From Anaerolineales bacterium (lineage in GTDB: Bacteria > Chloroflexota > Anaerolineae > Anaerolineales > E44-bin32), in assembly GCA_041302385.1 (NCBI GenBank), contig JBFYRF010000095.1, positions 1 through 55,653 of the forward strand: 55,653 nucleotides of DNA, given 5' to 3'. The translations under genes were made by a program, and so were the position numbers. The notes below the pieces were generated by a model, which saw only the letters and a program-made list of their open reading frames with translations, was not told the DNA's origin and did no database searches. Numbering within the stretch: position 1 is the first letter of the stretch; each line of letters starts with the position of its first letter. Positions 26,332 through 35,919 of this stretch are shown piece after piece.

Positions 26332-26494
26332 CCGTCGGATCGGGTTCCGGTTGGCGTCGCTCGCGGTGCCAACGGTGCCGAGCGCGGTGCAGGAGCCAAC
26401 CGCAGCCAGGTGACCCGGCATGCCCCAGGGATGGGAAGGGCGCCACCGGCAACAGCGAACGGAGGGCATGCATGGAGACGCATGAGGTGATGCA

Positions 26495-27490
26495 GTGAAG
26501 GTCGATCTCAGCGGGTTGAAGAAGTATGCCGTGATGTTCGTGTTGCTCGGGCTGATGGTGCTGTTTTCCTTCACCAGCCCGTACTTCCTGACCGTGCGCA
26601 ACCTGACCAACATCATCACGCAGAATACCTACTTCGTCATTGTGGCGGTTGGCCTGGCCTTCGTCATGATCGGTGGGGGCATTGATCTCTCTGTCGGGTA
26701 CCAGATGTCGCTGATCGGCGTGGTGACGGCGATGATGATGGTCGAGTTCGATCTGCCCGTCTGGCTGTCGGTGGGCACAGGGCTGTTGCTCGGCACTTCG
26801 CTCGGGCTGCTTAACGGACTGATCGTGACCAGCATCCGCATCTTTCCGTTGATCGCCACCCTGGCGACCGCCGCCATCTTTCAAGGCATCTCCTACCTCA
26901 TCTCCCAAGCGCGGACATTCCGTGACTACCCCGACCAGTTTCTGGTCTTGACCAAGGGCAAGCTCCTGGGCATCCCGGTGGATGTCTGGCTGGCGCTGCT
27001 GATTGTCGTTCTGGCGACGTTGGCCTTCAACGAGCTCGTGTACGGATCGAGGGTGCTTGCACTGGGCGGCAGCGAGGAGGGTTCGCGCCTGGCCGGGATC
27101 AACATCCGCTGGATGAAGATCTCCACCTACACGCTGTGTGGCTTCCTGACCGCAATCGGCACGATGGTGATGTTGTCCAAGGCGAACACTGTGAACTCGT
27201 CCTTTGGACCGGGGACCGAGTTCATCTGCCTGACGGCCGCCATCGTTGGGGGGATCAGCTTCATGGGCGGGGAAGGCAGCATCCCGGCGTTGGTGGCAGG
27301 GGTGTTCACGCTGGCGATCGTGGGGAATGGGATGCAGCTTGCGGGCTGGGGCACCTATGCCCAGTACATCGTGAGAGGCCTGATTCTGCTGGGCGCGGTG
27401 GCATTCGACGAGTATCAACGTAGCGGGAACCTGGATCGGTGGCTACGCCGCAGGCATCCGGCCAAGGTGGCCGGAGGGCAGAGCCGGTGA
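26495..27490 (+). CDS. ABC transporter permease (RbsC/FrcC-like)
   Basis: About 10 TM segments, with the IGGIDLSVG motif typical of ribose-type permeases. GTG start after GAGGTGA. Confidence 0.85.
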   Translation: MKVDLSGLKKYAVMFVLLGLMVLFSFTSPYFLTVRNLTNIITQNTYFVIVAVGLAFVMIGGGIDLSVGYQMSLIGVVTAMMMVEFDLPVWLSVGTGLLLGTSLGLLNGLIVTSIRIFPLIATLATAAIFQGISYLISQARTFRDYPDQFLVLTKGKLLGIPVDVWLALLIVVLATLAFNELVYGSRVLALGGSEEGSRLAGINIRWMKISTYTLCGFLTAIGTMVMLSKANTVNSSFGPGTEFICLTAAIVGGISFMGGEGSIPALVAGVFTLAIVGNGMQLAGWGTYAQYIVRGLILLGAVAFDEYQRSGNLDRWLRRRHPAKVAGGQSR

Positions 27491-27558
27491 CGGGCCCAGG
27501 GTCGGGCCCGGGGCAAGTCAGACACGCCGGCGAAGTACGCCGCGGTCCTCCCGGGGCG

Positions 27559-28443
27559 ATGCCACCCCCCGGCATGCTGGGACTGCGTCCCGAGCCGGCG
27601 AACGTCAGCCATATTCGTCGCAAATGGCTGGATGTGCCGTATGCACCGGTTTCTTTGGCGCAGCAGCTGGATCTCTATCTGCCAGAGACCGGGGATGGGC
27701 CCTTCCCCGTGATCGTGCACATCCACGGCGGCGGCTTCGCTATAGGTGACAAGCGCGACCCGCCTGTGCTTCCCTGGTTGTCGGCGCTGGACCGCGGCTA
27801 CGCTGTCGTCAGCCTGAACTACCGCCTAAGCGGGGAGGCCATCTTCCCCGCCGGGATTCACGATGTCAAGGCTGCGATCCGCTGGCTGCGAGCCAACGCT
27901 GATGCGTTTCAACTCGATCCCCGGCGGATGGCAGCCTGCGGAGGGTCTTCCGGGGGCAATTTTGCGGCCATGCTCTGCCTCACGCCTGGCGTGGCAGAGC
28001 TCGAAGACTTGAGCCTCGGCAGCCCCGAGCATTCATGTGACGTGCAGGCGGGGGTGGACCTTTTCGGCCCGACTGACTTCCTGCGCATGGATGACCAGTT
28101 CACCGAGAGCGGGCGTGGGCAGGCGATTCACTGCCTGCCGGACTCGCCGGAGTCGCGCTACCTGGGCGCTCCGATCAGCGAGGTCCCGGTCCTGGTCCGT
28201 CGGGCAAGTCCAATGACCTACATCCATCCCGACATGCCCCCAATCCTGATTCAACACGGTCGCCAGGATCGCCTCGTTCCCGTCGAGCAGTCGATCCTGT
28301 TCGCCGAGGCGCTTGCCCGGAAGGTCTCCCCCGACCGGTTCGCCTTCGACATCCTGGAGACGGCCGACCACGGCGACCCGCAGTTTGAAACGGAAGCCAA
28401 CATGCGGCGCGTGTTCGATTTCCTGGATGAGCAACTTCGCTGA
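27559..28443 (+). CDS. alpha/beta-hydrolase esterase (HSL-like, HGGG oxyanion motif)
   Basis: HIHGGGF oxyanion motif and nucleophile elbow GGSSGGN. Start at ATG 27559 or 27574. The ORF opens at 27439 and overlaps the permease. Confidence 0.8.
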   Translation: MPPPGMLGLRPEPANVSHIRRKWLDVPYAPVSLAQQLDLYLPETGDGPFPVIVHIHGGGFAIGDKRDPPVLPWLSALDRGYAVVSLNYRLSGEAIFPAGIHDVKAAIRWLRANADAFQLDPRRMAACGGSSGGNFAAMLCLTPGVAELEDLSLGSPEHSCDVQAGVDLFGPTDFLRMDDQFTESGRGQAIHCLPDSPESRYLGAPISEVPVLVRRASPMTYIHPDMPPILIQHGRQDRLVPVEQSILFAEALARKVSPDRFAFDILETADHGDPQFETEANMRRVFDFLDEQLR

Positions 28444-28489
28444 CAGGGCGGGGTAGCCGCCATACCGCGATCGCCGCCGAGGGAATCGG

Positions 28490-29407
28490 ATGATCATGGA
28501 ACCGAAGACGCCTTCAGCCGTACACTATGCCATCGCCGAGGCCCCGCCGCCCGCCAACACCGACCACATCGCCCGCAAGTGGCTCGACATCCCCTACGCC
28601 ACAATCTCGCTGGCACAACGGCTCGACATCTACCTGCCAGACGCCGGAGAAGGACCATTTCCGGTGATCCTCTCCATCCACGGTGGAGCCTTCATGGGAT
28701 GCGACAAGGCCGACATGCAAGTGCTGGCGATGCTGGAGGGTCTCCAGCGCGGCTACGCTGTCGCCGCGCTGAACTACCGTCTGAGCGGTGAAGCGCAGTT
28801 CCCTGCGCTGGTCCACGATGTCAAAGCCGCCGTGCGCTGGGTACGGGCGCATGCGGCGGAGTTTGGATTGGATGAGGGAAGAATCGCCGCTTGGGGCGGG
28901 TCGGCCGGCGGGTATTTGAGCTCGATGCTCGGCACTTCCGCGGGCGTTGCTGCCCTCGAAGACCTCAGCCTGGGCAATCCCGATCAGCCAAGTCACATCC
29001 AGGCGGTTGTCGATTGGTTCGGGCCAACCAACTTCCTGAAGATGGATGAGCAACTGGTTGCAGCCGGCATGCCGCCCGTCAAGGGCCAGGAGCACAACGG
29101 CCCGCAGTCGCCGGAATCCCTCCTGCTCGGGGGGCCGATCCCGGAGATCCCCGAAAGGGTGCAAGCGGCGAACCCCGAAACCTACATCCACCAAGGGGCT
29201 CCGCCCTTCCTGATCCAGCATGGAACGCGGGACGCGGTCGTCCCGGCACAGCAATCGGTCGAGTTTGCCGAGAAGCTCCGCCAGACGCTGGGCGAGCGAC
29301 AGGTGACCCTGGAACTTCTCGAGGGCGCCGAGCATGGGGATCCGCAGTTCGAGGCACCGGAGAAAGTCGATCGCGTCCTGGATTTCCTCGATCACTGCCT
29401 CAAGTAG
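28490..29407 (+). CDS. alpha/beta-hydrolase esterase, tandem paralogue of 27559..28443
   Basis: SIHGGAF and GGSAGGY motifs. Colinear with the preceding protein (IARKWLDIPYA..SLAQ.LD(I/L)YLP..G.GPFPVI..). Confidence 0.8.
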   Translation: MIMEPKTPSAVHYAIAEAPPPANTDHIARKWLDIPYATISLAQRLDIYLPDAGEGPFPVILSIHGGAFMGCDKADMQVLAMLEGLQRGYAVAALNYRLSGEAQFPALVHDVKAAVRWVRAHAAEFGLDEGRIAAWGGSAGGYLSSMLGTSAGVAALEDLSLGNPDQPSHIQAVVDWFGPTNFLKMDEQLVAAGMPPVKGQEHNGPQSPESLLLGGPIPEIPERVQAANPETYIHQGAPPFLIQHGTRDAVVPAQQSVEFAEKLRQTLGERQVTLELLEGAEHGDPQFEAPEKVDRVLDFLDHCLK

Positions 29408-29912
29408 CGGTGGCGCTCTCCGAATCACCGGAGGGGCACATGCGGCCGGCCGCAGCATAGTCGTACCTAACCCAAACGTGAGTCCAACCGAACCCCCGGG
29501 TGGCTGGCAGGGAAGGTCCTGTCAACGCCCAGTCTTTCTGCTTGTCTGGTAGCTGGCGATGGAATGGACGTGATGGGCTAGGGAGAGGTAGGGGCACCCC
29601 AGAGACAACCTTCCTGCGGCCAGTAGCTGTATGATCCGGGCAGGCGATTGGGGGGCGATGGCGCTGAGGCCAGGACCTCCCTCCGAAGGATGGCTGGCGG
29701 CGACGAGGCAGACACGGGAAGCTCCCGGTTCGAGATCCGACCACCAGGCCCTGTGCTCCTTTGGGGTCGGATACGGGCCCGGGTGCCGGGCGTGAATGGA
29801 TCGCTGGGCGGAATGCATTCATTGTGCGGTTGAGTGCCGCAGTGGGGATGCAGCCACGTGTGCCTCCCGGCTGTGCCGCTGCGCGTCCTGAGCCCAAGGC
29901 CGGTGACCATTC

Positions 29913-31022
29913 TCAGAGCCCCAAGGGCGAGATCTCGACTTGCAGCTCGTCAGCCAACGTGCGCAGCGCCCGCTGCACGCCGGGGGTGATCTCCACACCC
30001 TCCGCGAGCACGCGCTGGCTGTGGGAATAGGCCTTCTCTCCGGCCGTGTAGATCCGACCTTGCCCCGGCGCCTTCCTCGAGGCGCGGAGTTCGCGCATCA
30101 TGCTGCCGACGATCCGCTGGAAATCCGCCAGCGGGAGGAAGCGTTCGACATCGATTGCCAGGAAGAAATGGCCGATGCGCAGGAACTGCAGGTTACCCTC
30201 GGCGTCGTGATCGTGCAGGCCGGACAGATAGGTGCCGTTCTGGAAGGCCGCCGAGAAGATCTCGACCAGCGCCGCCAGCCCGTATCCCTTGTGGCCGCCG
30301 AGGAGTTCGCCCAAGCCGCCAATCGGGAGCAGGGCGGCCACATCCCGGTTCATCTGTTCGATCAGGCCGGCCGTCTCGGTGACGGCCGTCCCGTCCTCAC
30401 CGATCGCCCAGCCCTGCGGGATCGGCTTGCCGGCGCGCGCCGCCACCTCGATCTTGCCGCGGGTGACGATCGAGGTGGAGGCATCGAACAGGAAGGGGAA
30501 AAGCTCGTCGGTCGGGGCGCCGACGGCGATCGGGTTGGTGCCCAGCATGGGCTGTGCGCCGAAGGTTGGGGCGGTCGATGGATGGGCGTTGGTGACGCTG
30601 ATGCCGACCATACCCTCTCGAACGGCCATCATGGCGTAGTAGCCGGCGATGCCATAGTGGCTGGAGTTGCGCACGGCGACGGCGCCCAGTCCGTGGCTGC
30701 GCGCCTTCTCGATCGCCATGCGCATGGCGCGCTGACCGATGACCATCCCCATGCCATTGTGACCATCGAGGACGGCAGTCGTCTCCGTCTCCTTGACGAT
30801 CGTCGGGATGGATGCCGGCAGCTGCAGCCCGGCCTTGATTCGTTCGTGATACATCGCAAGATGGGCAATCCCATGTGAGGCAATCCCCCACAGATCCGCG
30901 GTGATGAGCACATCGGTGATGACCCCAGCATCCGCCGAGGGCACCCCCATGGCTTCCAGACTCGTCCGCATGAAGGACTTCAGTCGATCTATGTCGACTC
31001 GGGTTGATCTTTCCGTCATCAT
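29913..31022 (-). CDS. Ldh_2-family (malate/L-lactate/ureidoglycolate-type) NAD(P)H oxidoreductase
   Basis: ..ADLWGIASHGIAHLAMY.., ..RNSSHYG.. and ..GGHKGYGLA.. are typical Ldh_2 motifs. Start at ATGATG (31022 or 31019) after AAGGAAGGG. Confidence 0.8.
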   Translation of the reverse strand: MMTERSTRVDIDRLKSFMRTSLEAMGVPSADAGVITDVLITADLWGIASHGIAHLAMYHERIKAGLQLPASIPTIVKETETTAVLDGHNGMGMVIGQRAMRMAIEKARSHGLGAVAVRNSSHYGIAGYYAMMAVREGMVGISVTNAHPSTAPTFGAQPMLGTNPIAVGAPTDELFPFLFDASTSIVTRGKIEVAARAGKPIPQGWAIGEDGTAVTETAGLIEQMNRDVAALLPIGGLGELLGGHKGYGLAALVEIFSAAFQNGTYLSGLHDHDAEGNLQFLRIGHFFLAIDVERFLPLADFQRIVGSMMRELRASRKAPGQGRIYTAGEKAYSHSQRVLAEGVEITPGVQRALRTLADELQVEISPLGL

Positions 31023-31057
31023 CGCCCTTCCTTTGTCGGACCCCACCCGGTCCGGGT

Positions 31058-32077
31058 TCACGGACTGGCCGTCGGATTCTCTCCCGGCCCCTCTCCGGAT
31101 TCAGCGAAAGGTGCGCCGAGCACGGCCTTAATGATCCCATCGCTGCGCCGCTCATACAGCTCGAAGGCTTGCGTCGCCGCCTGGATCGGGAAGCGATGGG
31201 TCACCAGGGCTGCGAGTTCGTCTTGCTGCGCCAGAAATACCTCGCGGGCCTTCTCGAGATACTCCGCCCAGGGAGGCGTGACGACAGCGCGCAGCACGCC
31301 ATTCTTGCGGAAGAAGGCCTCGAACTCGACTGTGTATGCCGGCTGATCTGGAATCCCGAACGCCAGGATTTCGCCGCGTGGGTGCAACAGGCGAATGCAG
31401 TCATTAAGGGTTTGGGTTTGATGTCCAACTGCTTCGATGCACAGGTCGGGGGAGACCCAACCTTCGACCTCTGCGTGTGATCGCAGCGCCAGCTCGGAGG
31501 CTGGCATGGGGTAGGCCTGCGTGGCCCCATGCTGGCGCGCCGCAGCGCAACGGTAGGGCAGTGGGTCGATGCCGAGTATATGCTCCGCACCGCCCTGGCG
31601 CAGCAGGCGGCAGAACATCAACCCGATGGCCCCCAGCCCCACGACGGCGACGGTCCGACCTTGCACGCTGCCCAACTGGTCCACGGCAAACAGAACGGTC
31701 GAGAGGGGCTGGATCAGGGTGCTCTCGCCGCACGTTTCGAGCGACGGAGGCAGCCGCACCGCCCTGGAGGCCTGCGCCTCGAAAAACTCCGCCAGACCAG
31801 CATCGCCGTCGGGGATTGCCGCCACGATGTCGCCGGGATGGAAGCCAGCCGAGCTGCTGGCCACCACCGTTCCCACGCACTCATGCACGTGGGCCCCAGG
31901 CGCCAGCGGGTAGCGGAGACCTGGCTTCTCACCCGTGAAGTACGGGGTGTCGCTGCCGCAGAATGAGACGAAGCGCGTACGAACCACAAGTCGGCCGCTG
32001 AGGGCCAGATCGAAAGCGGGAGGATCGAGCTCCACGACTTCGAACCTTCGCGCTTGGCGGAGCTGCAGTGCTTTCAT
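31058..32077 (-). CDS. zinc-type medium-chain alcohol/polyol dehydrogenase (MDR family)
   Basis: MKALQL..., the FCGSD and HE zinc-ligand region, and a Rossmann GLGAIG. ATG ending at 32077 preceded by GGAGGGG. The ORF extension to 32380 is not credible. Confidence 0.8.
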   Translation of the reverse strand: MKALQLRQARRFEVVELDPPAFDLALSGRLVVRTRFVSFCGSDTPYFTGEKPGLRYPLAPGAHVHECVGTVVASSSAGFHPGDIVAAIPDGDAGLAEFFEAQASRAVRLPPSLETCGESTLIQPLSTVLFAVDQLGSVQGRTVAVVGLGAIGLMFCRLLRQGGAEHILGIDPLPYRCAAARQHGATQAYPMPASELALRSHAEVEGWVSPDLCIEAVGHQTQTLNDCIRLLHPRGEILAFGIPDQPAYTVEFEAFFRKNGVLRAVVTPPWAEYLEKAREVFLAQQDELAALVTHRFPIQAATQAFELYERRSDGIIKAVLGAPFAESGEGPGENPTASP

Positions 32078-32518
32078 GTGCCCCTCCAGGAGGCGATGCG
32101 GGAGCCTGTTGGAGAGGCGAGAACGGGTTGAAGCGCAATAGGTTGCCGAAGCCCGTTCTTCGCGTTGAGTGCAAGTGAGCCTGAGTGGACGGATGGGGCG
32201 TCGAGCGTCAGCCTGCGCCTTGCTGGCGCATCTGTCGGAGGGCGCGGCGGGCAATACTGAGAGGGCAGCCGGAAGCCTGTCCCGGGCTGAGCCGCGATTC
32301 GCTTGCGAGGCGGGCTTGCTGCCTGCGCCGATCTGGCACGGCCAAGGTGGAGCCAAGAGGGGGCCAGCGCAAGAATCCAAGTGCCCGAAGGGAGTTTCAT
32401 GTGATGAGACCGCATTTCACCTTCAAGCGTAGCATGGCCGGCCGATACGGTCAAGCTTGTGAGATGCACGGGCCGTCCGGGATGCTGCACCCATAGGAGT
32501 TGCACCTGCTGAAACGGC

Positions 32519-32547
32519 TTGACAATTGGTGATACAGCCCCTATACT
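32519..32547 (+). promoter_or_regulatory. promoter TTGACA-17 nt-TATACT for iclR and downstream genes
   Basis: TTGACA at 32519-32524 and TATACT at 32542-32547, about 80 nt upstream of the ATG at 32627. Confidence 0.6.
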
Positions 32548-32626
32548 TGGTTATGAGAGGGTGTTCCGACAGGTGAAACCGCCTGGCGCTGCGCGGAGTT
32601 CCCCCGGGGGAGGAGGTAGGCGGGCC

Positions 32627-33451
32627 ATGTCGTTGTCGGTTCGGGCAGTGGACCGTGCGCTGGCAATCCTCCTATGTTTCACGCCTTCCGATGGGGGGCT
32701 GACGCTGACCCAGATCGCGGAACGCGTTGAGATCCACAAGAGCACGGCCCACCGGCTGCTTGCCACCCTTGAAGCCAAACGCTTTGTGCATCGGGACAAG
32801 ACCACGGGCTTGTATCGGCCGGGCGTCCAGCTGGTGGAACTGGCATCCCTCGTCTTGCGCGACATGGACTTGCAGCACTGGGCCGAGCCATATCTTCAAT
32901 CGCTGGCCACCGAATGTGGGGAGACGGTGGACCTGGCGGCGCTCGACGGAACCGACGTCGTCTACCTACAGGTGATCGACAGCCCACAACGGATCAAGAT
33001 CGCGGCGGCGGTTGGCCAGCGGCTGCCCGCGCACTGCACAGCAACCGGGAAGGCATTTCTAGCCCACCTGCCGCCGACACAGGTGACCGCCATGCTGGGG
33101 ACTGAGCTCCGCCGCTTCACCAAGAACACGGTGGCCTCGATTCCCGACCTGCGCCGGGAGCTCCAGACGATCCGGCAACGCGGCTTCGCCATGTCGGAGC
33201 AGGAATTTGAGCCGGACATCAATGCCTTGGCCGCGCCGATCCTGGACGCCCACGAGTTTCCGGTGGCGGTGGTTGCCGTGGTGGGGCCCTCGTTCCGCCT
33301 GACGCGTGAGCGCATGCTTGCGCTGGGCCCTGCGCTGCGGGCCACCACCCAGGCGATTGCCCGCGAGGCCGGCCTGGAGGCGCTCTCCCGCCTTCTGCCG
33401 ACACGCGGGTTTGTCTCCGACCCTCAACCCCGACCAGAGAGGATTCCCTAG
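32627..33451 (+). CDS. IclR-family transcriptional regulator
   Basis: VDRALAILLCF..LTQIAERVEIHKSTAHRLLATL plus an effector domain (ATGKAFLAHL). GGAGGAGG SD. Confidence 0.9.
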   Translation: MSLSVRAVDRALAILLCFTPSDGGLTLTQIAERVEIHKSTAHRLLATLEAKRFVHRDKTTGLYRPGVQLVELASLVLRDMDLQHWAEPYLQSLATECGETVDLAALDGTDVVYLQVIDSPQRIKIAAAVGQRLPAHCTATGKAFLAHLPPTQVTAMLGTELRRFTKNTVASIPDLRRELQTIRQRGFAMSEQEFEPDINALAAPILDAHEFPVAVVAVVGPSFRLTRERMLALGPALRATTQAIAREAGLEALSRLLPTRGFVSDPQPRPERIP

Positions 33452-33814
33452 ATGAGCAAGCCTCCGTTCGTTCGCGCCGCGGATGTCGAAGGTGAGTTCC
33501 GCACCCCGCCTCGGGTGTCCAAACTGCTGCTGGCGCCGAAGTTCGGCGGCGTGACCCACCTGTCCATGGGCATGAACGTCACCGAGGTCGGCAGCATGAT
33601 CCCCGATCATGTCCACGAAAGCTCCGAAGAAGTCTTGTTCCTCATCAGCGGACGAGCCCGCCTGGTGATCGAGGGCGAGGGGGAGTGGGAGATCGGGCCG
33701 GAGACCGCCTTCTATTCACCGATCGGCAAGAAGCACAGACTGGAGAATATCGGCGATGAACCCCTCAAGCTCGTGTGGGTGTACTCGCCGCCGCTGCCGG
33801 CGCACCTGGCCTGA
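33452..33814 (+). CDS. cupin-domain protein
   Basis: The pattern HVHESSEEVLFLISG...FYSPIGKKHRLEN fits the two cupin motifs. The ATG abuts the iclR stop (TAGATG). Confidence 0.8.
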   Translation: MSKPPFVRAADVEGEFRTPPRVSKLLLAPKFGGVTHLSMGMNVTEVGSMIPDHVHESSEEVLFLISGRARLVIEGEGEWEIGPETAFYSPIGKKHRLENIGDEPLKLVWVYSPPLPAHLA

Positions 33815-33856
33815 CCCGCCGGCGTCTCATCCCTTTCGCCATGGAGCATACCCGCT

Positions 33857-34771
33857 ATGTTTGAAGAGACTCGGAAGTACCTGAAGCAGATCAACATGCC
33901 GACGGGCGATCTGTTCGACATGCCCACATCGTCGGCCCGCTTTCCCGACGGGGGCGCCTACCGCATCGAGGTCCCAACTGTGAATTCGGCGGAAGCCGTG
34001 GGCGCGCTGCTCGACACGGCTACCAAGAACGACATCACCATCAACCGGGTGACAGAGACCTATGGCATGTTCCGCCACACCCGGGCGGAGCTCAAGGAAT
34101 ACTGCCGGCTGTGCAACCAGTACGGCGCCGAGTTGCTGCTCTCGATCGGACCACGCGCCACGTATGACACCGGCGCCACCGTGCTCTCTGCGCAAGGCGT
34201 CCGGATCAGCTACCGGCTGCGCGGCATGGAGCAGGTGTTGCGTGGGGTCGAAGACATCAAGCGCGGGTACGACATTGGCTGCCGCGGCTTCCTGATCTAT
34301 GACGAAGGCATGCTGTGGCTCATTGGCCAGATGCGCAAGGACGGCGCGCTGCCCAAGGACATCATCTTCAAGACCTCCGCCCATCTGGGGCAGTGCAACC
34401 CGTGCTCCTTCAAGCTGCTGGAAAGCCTCGGCGCCGACAGCATCAACCCCGTGCGCGATCTTCAGATCCCAATGATCGCCGCGCTCCGGGCAGCGGTGAA
34501 GGTCCCGCTGGATGTCCACACCGACAACCCGCCCGGCTCTGGCGGCTTCATTCGCGTCTACGAGGCCCCAGAGATCGTGCGCGTGGCGGCCCCGGTGCAC
34601 TGCAAGACCGGCAACTCCGTGGTCAGCAGCCACGGCGAGCTGACCTCCGCCAACGATGGTCGCCTCATGGCAGACCAGGCGGCCATCGTTGTCGAAATGG
34701 TCCGCAAGTACTACCCCGAGGCCAAGCAGTCGCCGAAGGGGTCGGCCGACCTCTTCCTGCCCCAGGCTTGA
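33857..34771 (+). CDS. conserved-looking protein of unknown function (304 aa), no family recognised
   Basis: Clean coding composition and an alternating beta/alpha-like pattern (possible TIM-barrel). No motif I can name. Operon position is between the cupin and creatininase-fold genes. Confidence 0.6.
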   Translation: MFEETRKYLKQINMPTGDLFDMPTSSARFPDGGAYRIEVPTVNSAEAVGALLDTATKNDITINRVTETYGMFRHTRAELKEYCRLCNQYGAELLLSIGPRATYDTGATVLSAQGVRISYRLRGMEQVLRGVEDIKRGYDIGCRGFLIYDEGMLWLIGQMRKDGALPKDIIFKTSAHLGQCNPCSFKLLESLGADSINPVRDLQIPMIAALRAAVKVPLDVHTDNPPGSGGFIRVYEAPEIVRVAAPVHCKTGNSVVSSHGELTSANDGRLMADQAAIVVEMVRKYYPEAKQSPKGSADLFLPQA

Positions 34772-34810
34772 GTCTGCGTCAGCTCTCGGACCTGTTGGAA
34801 AGGAGCAAGG

Positions 34811-35776
34811 ATGGGCAAGTGGCAGATCCCTCCCGATGGCGGTCATATGGAGCGGCCGTCCGGACTGTATGTCCAGACGATGAATATGACGGAGATCGGG
34901 GAACGTCTGAAGAAGAATGATCTGATCATCATTCCCGTGGGAAGCACGGAGTGTCACGGCGCCGGCCAGCCGCTTGGCGAGGACATCTTCCTGGTCACAC
35001 GCATGGTCGAGCAGGTCGCCATGAAGATGGGATGCACGATGGCCGAGCCCGTCTGGTACGGCTCGCACCCCTTCAATCACCTCGGCATGCCCGGGACGGT
35101 GGTCGTCCCGGAGGACATCTTCCTCGGCCAGCTGCGGGCAATCATCGCCGGCTTCTGGAACATGGGCTTCCGCAAGCAGATCTTCGTCAACGGCCACGGC
35201 CAGGAAGAAGTCATTCCGCTGGCCCTTCACCAGTTTGCCAAGAAGTACCAGGTGCCTGCCGTCCTGGTGTCCTTGCATTGGCCGACGGCGATTCATGACC
35301 TTCTCAAGGACAAGGCCCACGGCGGCCCCTTCGACACTCCGTTCCAGCACGCCTGCGAGATCGAGGCCTCCTTCGGCCTCGCCTTGTTCCCTGAGTTCAT
35401 TCACATGGACCTGGTGGTCGACACCAAGCCGGAAGGCTTCCTACCGCCCGGGCATGTTGACAAAGGGGGCGAGGTCTACCACCTGCCGATCAAGGGCCAT
35501 GAGCACGTGGGCCTGGGAGGGATCGAGGTCACGGTCTATCCCGAAGGTGTCATCGGGCGGCCATCCCTGGGAGATGCCGAGAAGGCCAGGCCCGGGATCG
35601 AAGCGTTCATGGACTACCTGTCCAAGCTGATCGACGACATCATGACCCGCTTCCCGGCGGGCGTTCTGCCTCCGACCGACAAGATGACGATGCGGGATCC
35701 TGAAGAGATTGAAGCTCTGTTGAAGGGACCGCTGAACGGGGGCAAGCACATCTATACCGTGGCCTATCCGCCGTAG
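34811..35776 (+). CDS. creatininase-family metal-dependent amidohydrolase
   Basis: LIIIPVGSTECHG and IFVNGHGQ are creatininase/ArfB/MftE-family signatures. AAGGAG SD. Confidence 0.8.
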   Translation: MGKWQIPPDGGHMERPSGLYVQTMNMTEIGERLKKNDLIIIPVGSTECHGAGQPLGEDIFLVTRMVEQVAMKMGCTMAEPVWYGSHPFNHLGMPGTVVVPEDIFLGQLRAIIAGFWNMGFRKQIFVNGHGQEEVIPLALHQFAKKYQVPAVLVSLHWPTAIHDLLKDKAHGGPFDTPFQHACEIEASFGLALFPEFIHMDLVVDTKPEGFLPPGHVDKGGEVYHLPIKGHEHVGLGGIEVTVYPEGVIGRPSLGDAEKARPGIEAFMDYLSKLIDDIMTRFPAGVLPPTDKMTMRDPEEIEALLKGPLNGGKHIYTVAYPP

Positions 35777-35919
35777 TGGAGAGGCATGCTTCGTCGGCGC
35801 GGCGGCGACGGGACACGGCTGCCTCTGCGGGGTCTTAAGGCCTGAGGGGCTTGCCAGATGGCGGACTGTCGTCCGTCTCAGGGTCGGCATAAAGGCCCAT
35901 GCGTTCGAAGGACAAAGCG

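Noticed and set aside
29727-29746. GGTTCGAGATCCGACCACCA, which looks like a tRNA/tmRNA T-loop plus CCA end
   Set aside because: The flanking bases cannot form a 5-bp T-stem or an acceptor stem, and there is no D-arm or anticodon arm or tag ORF.
32078-32518. 143-aa minus-strand ORF (32074..32505) and small plus-strand ORFs in the MDR/iclR divergent region
   Set aside because: They have non-coding-like composition and overlap the promoter region. The region is more plausibly a regulatory divergon containing an imperfect inverted repeat (GAACGGG..N23..CCCGTTC at about 32121-32159).
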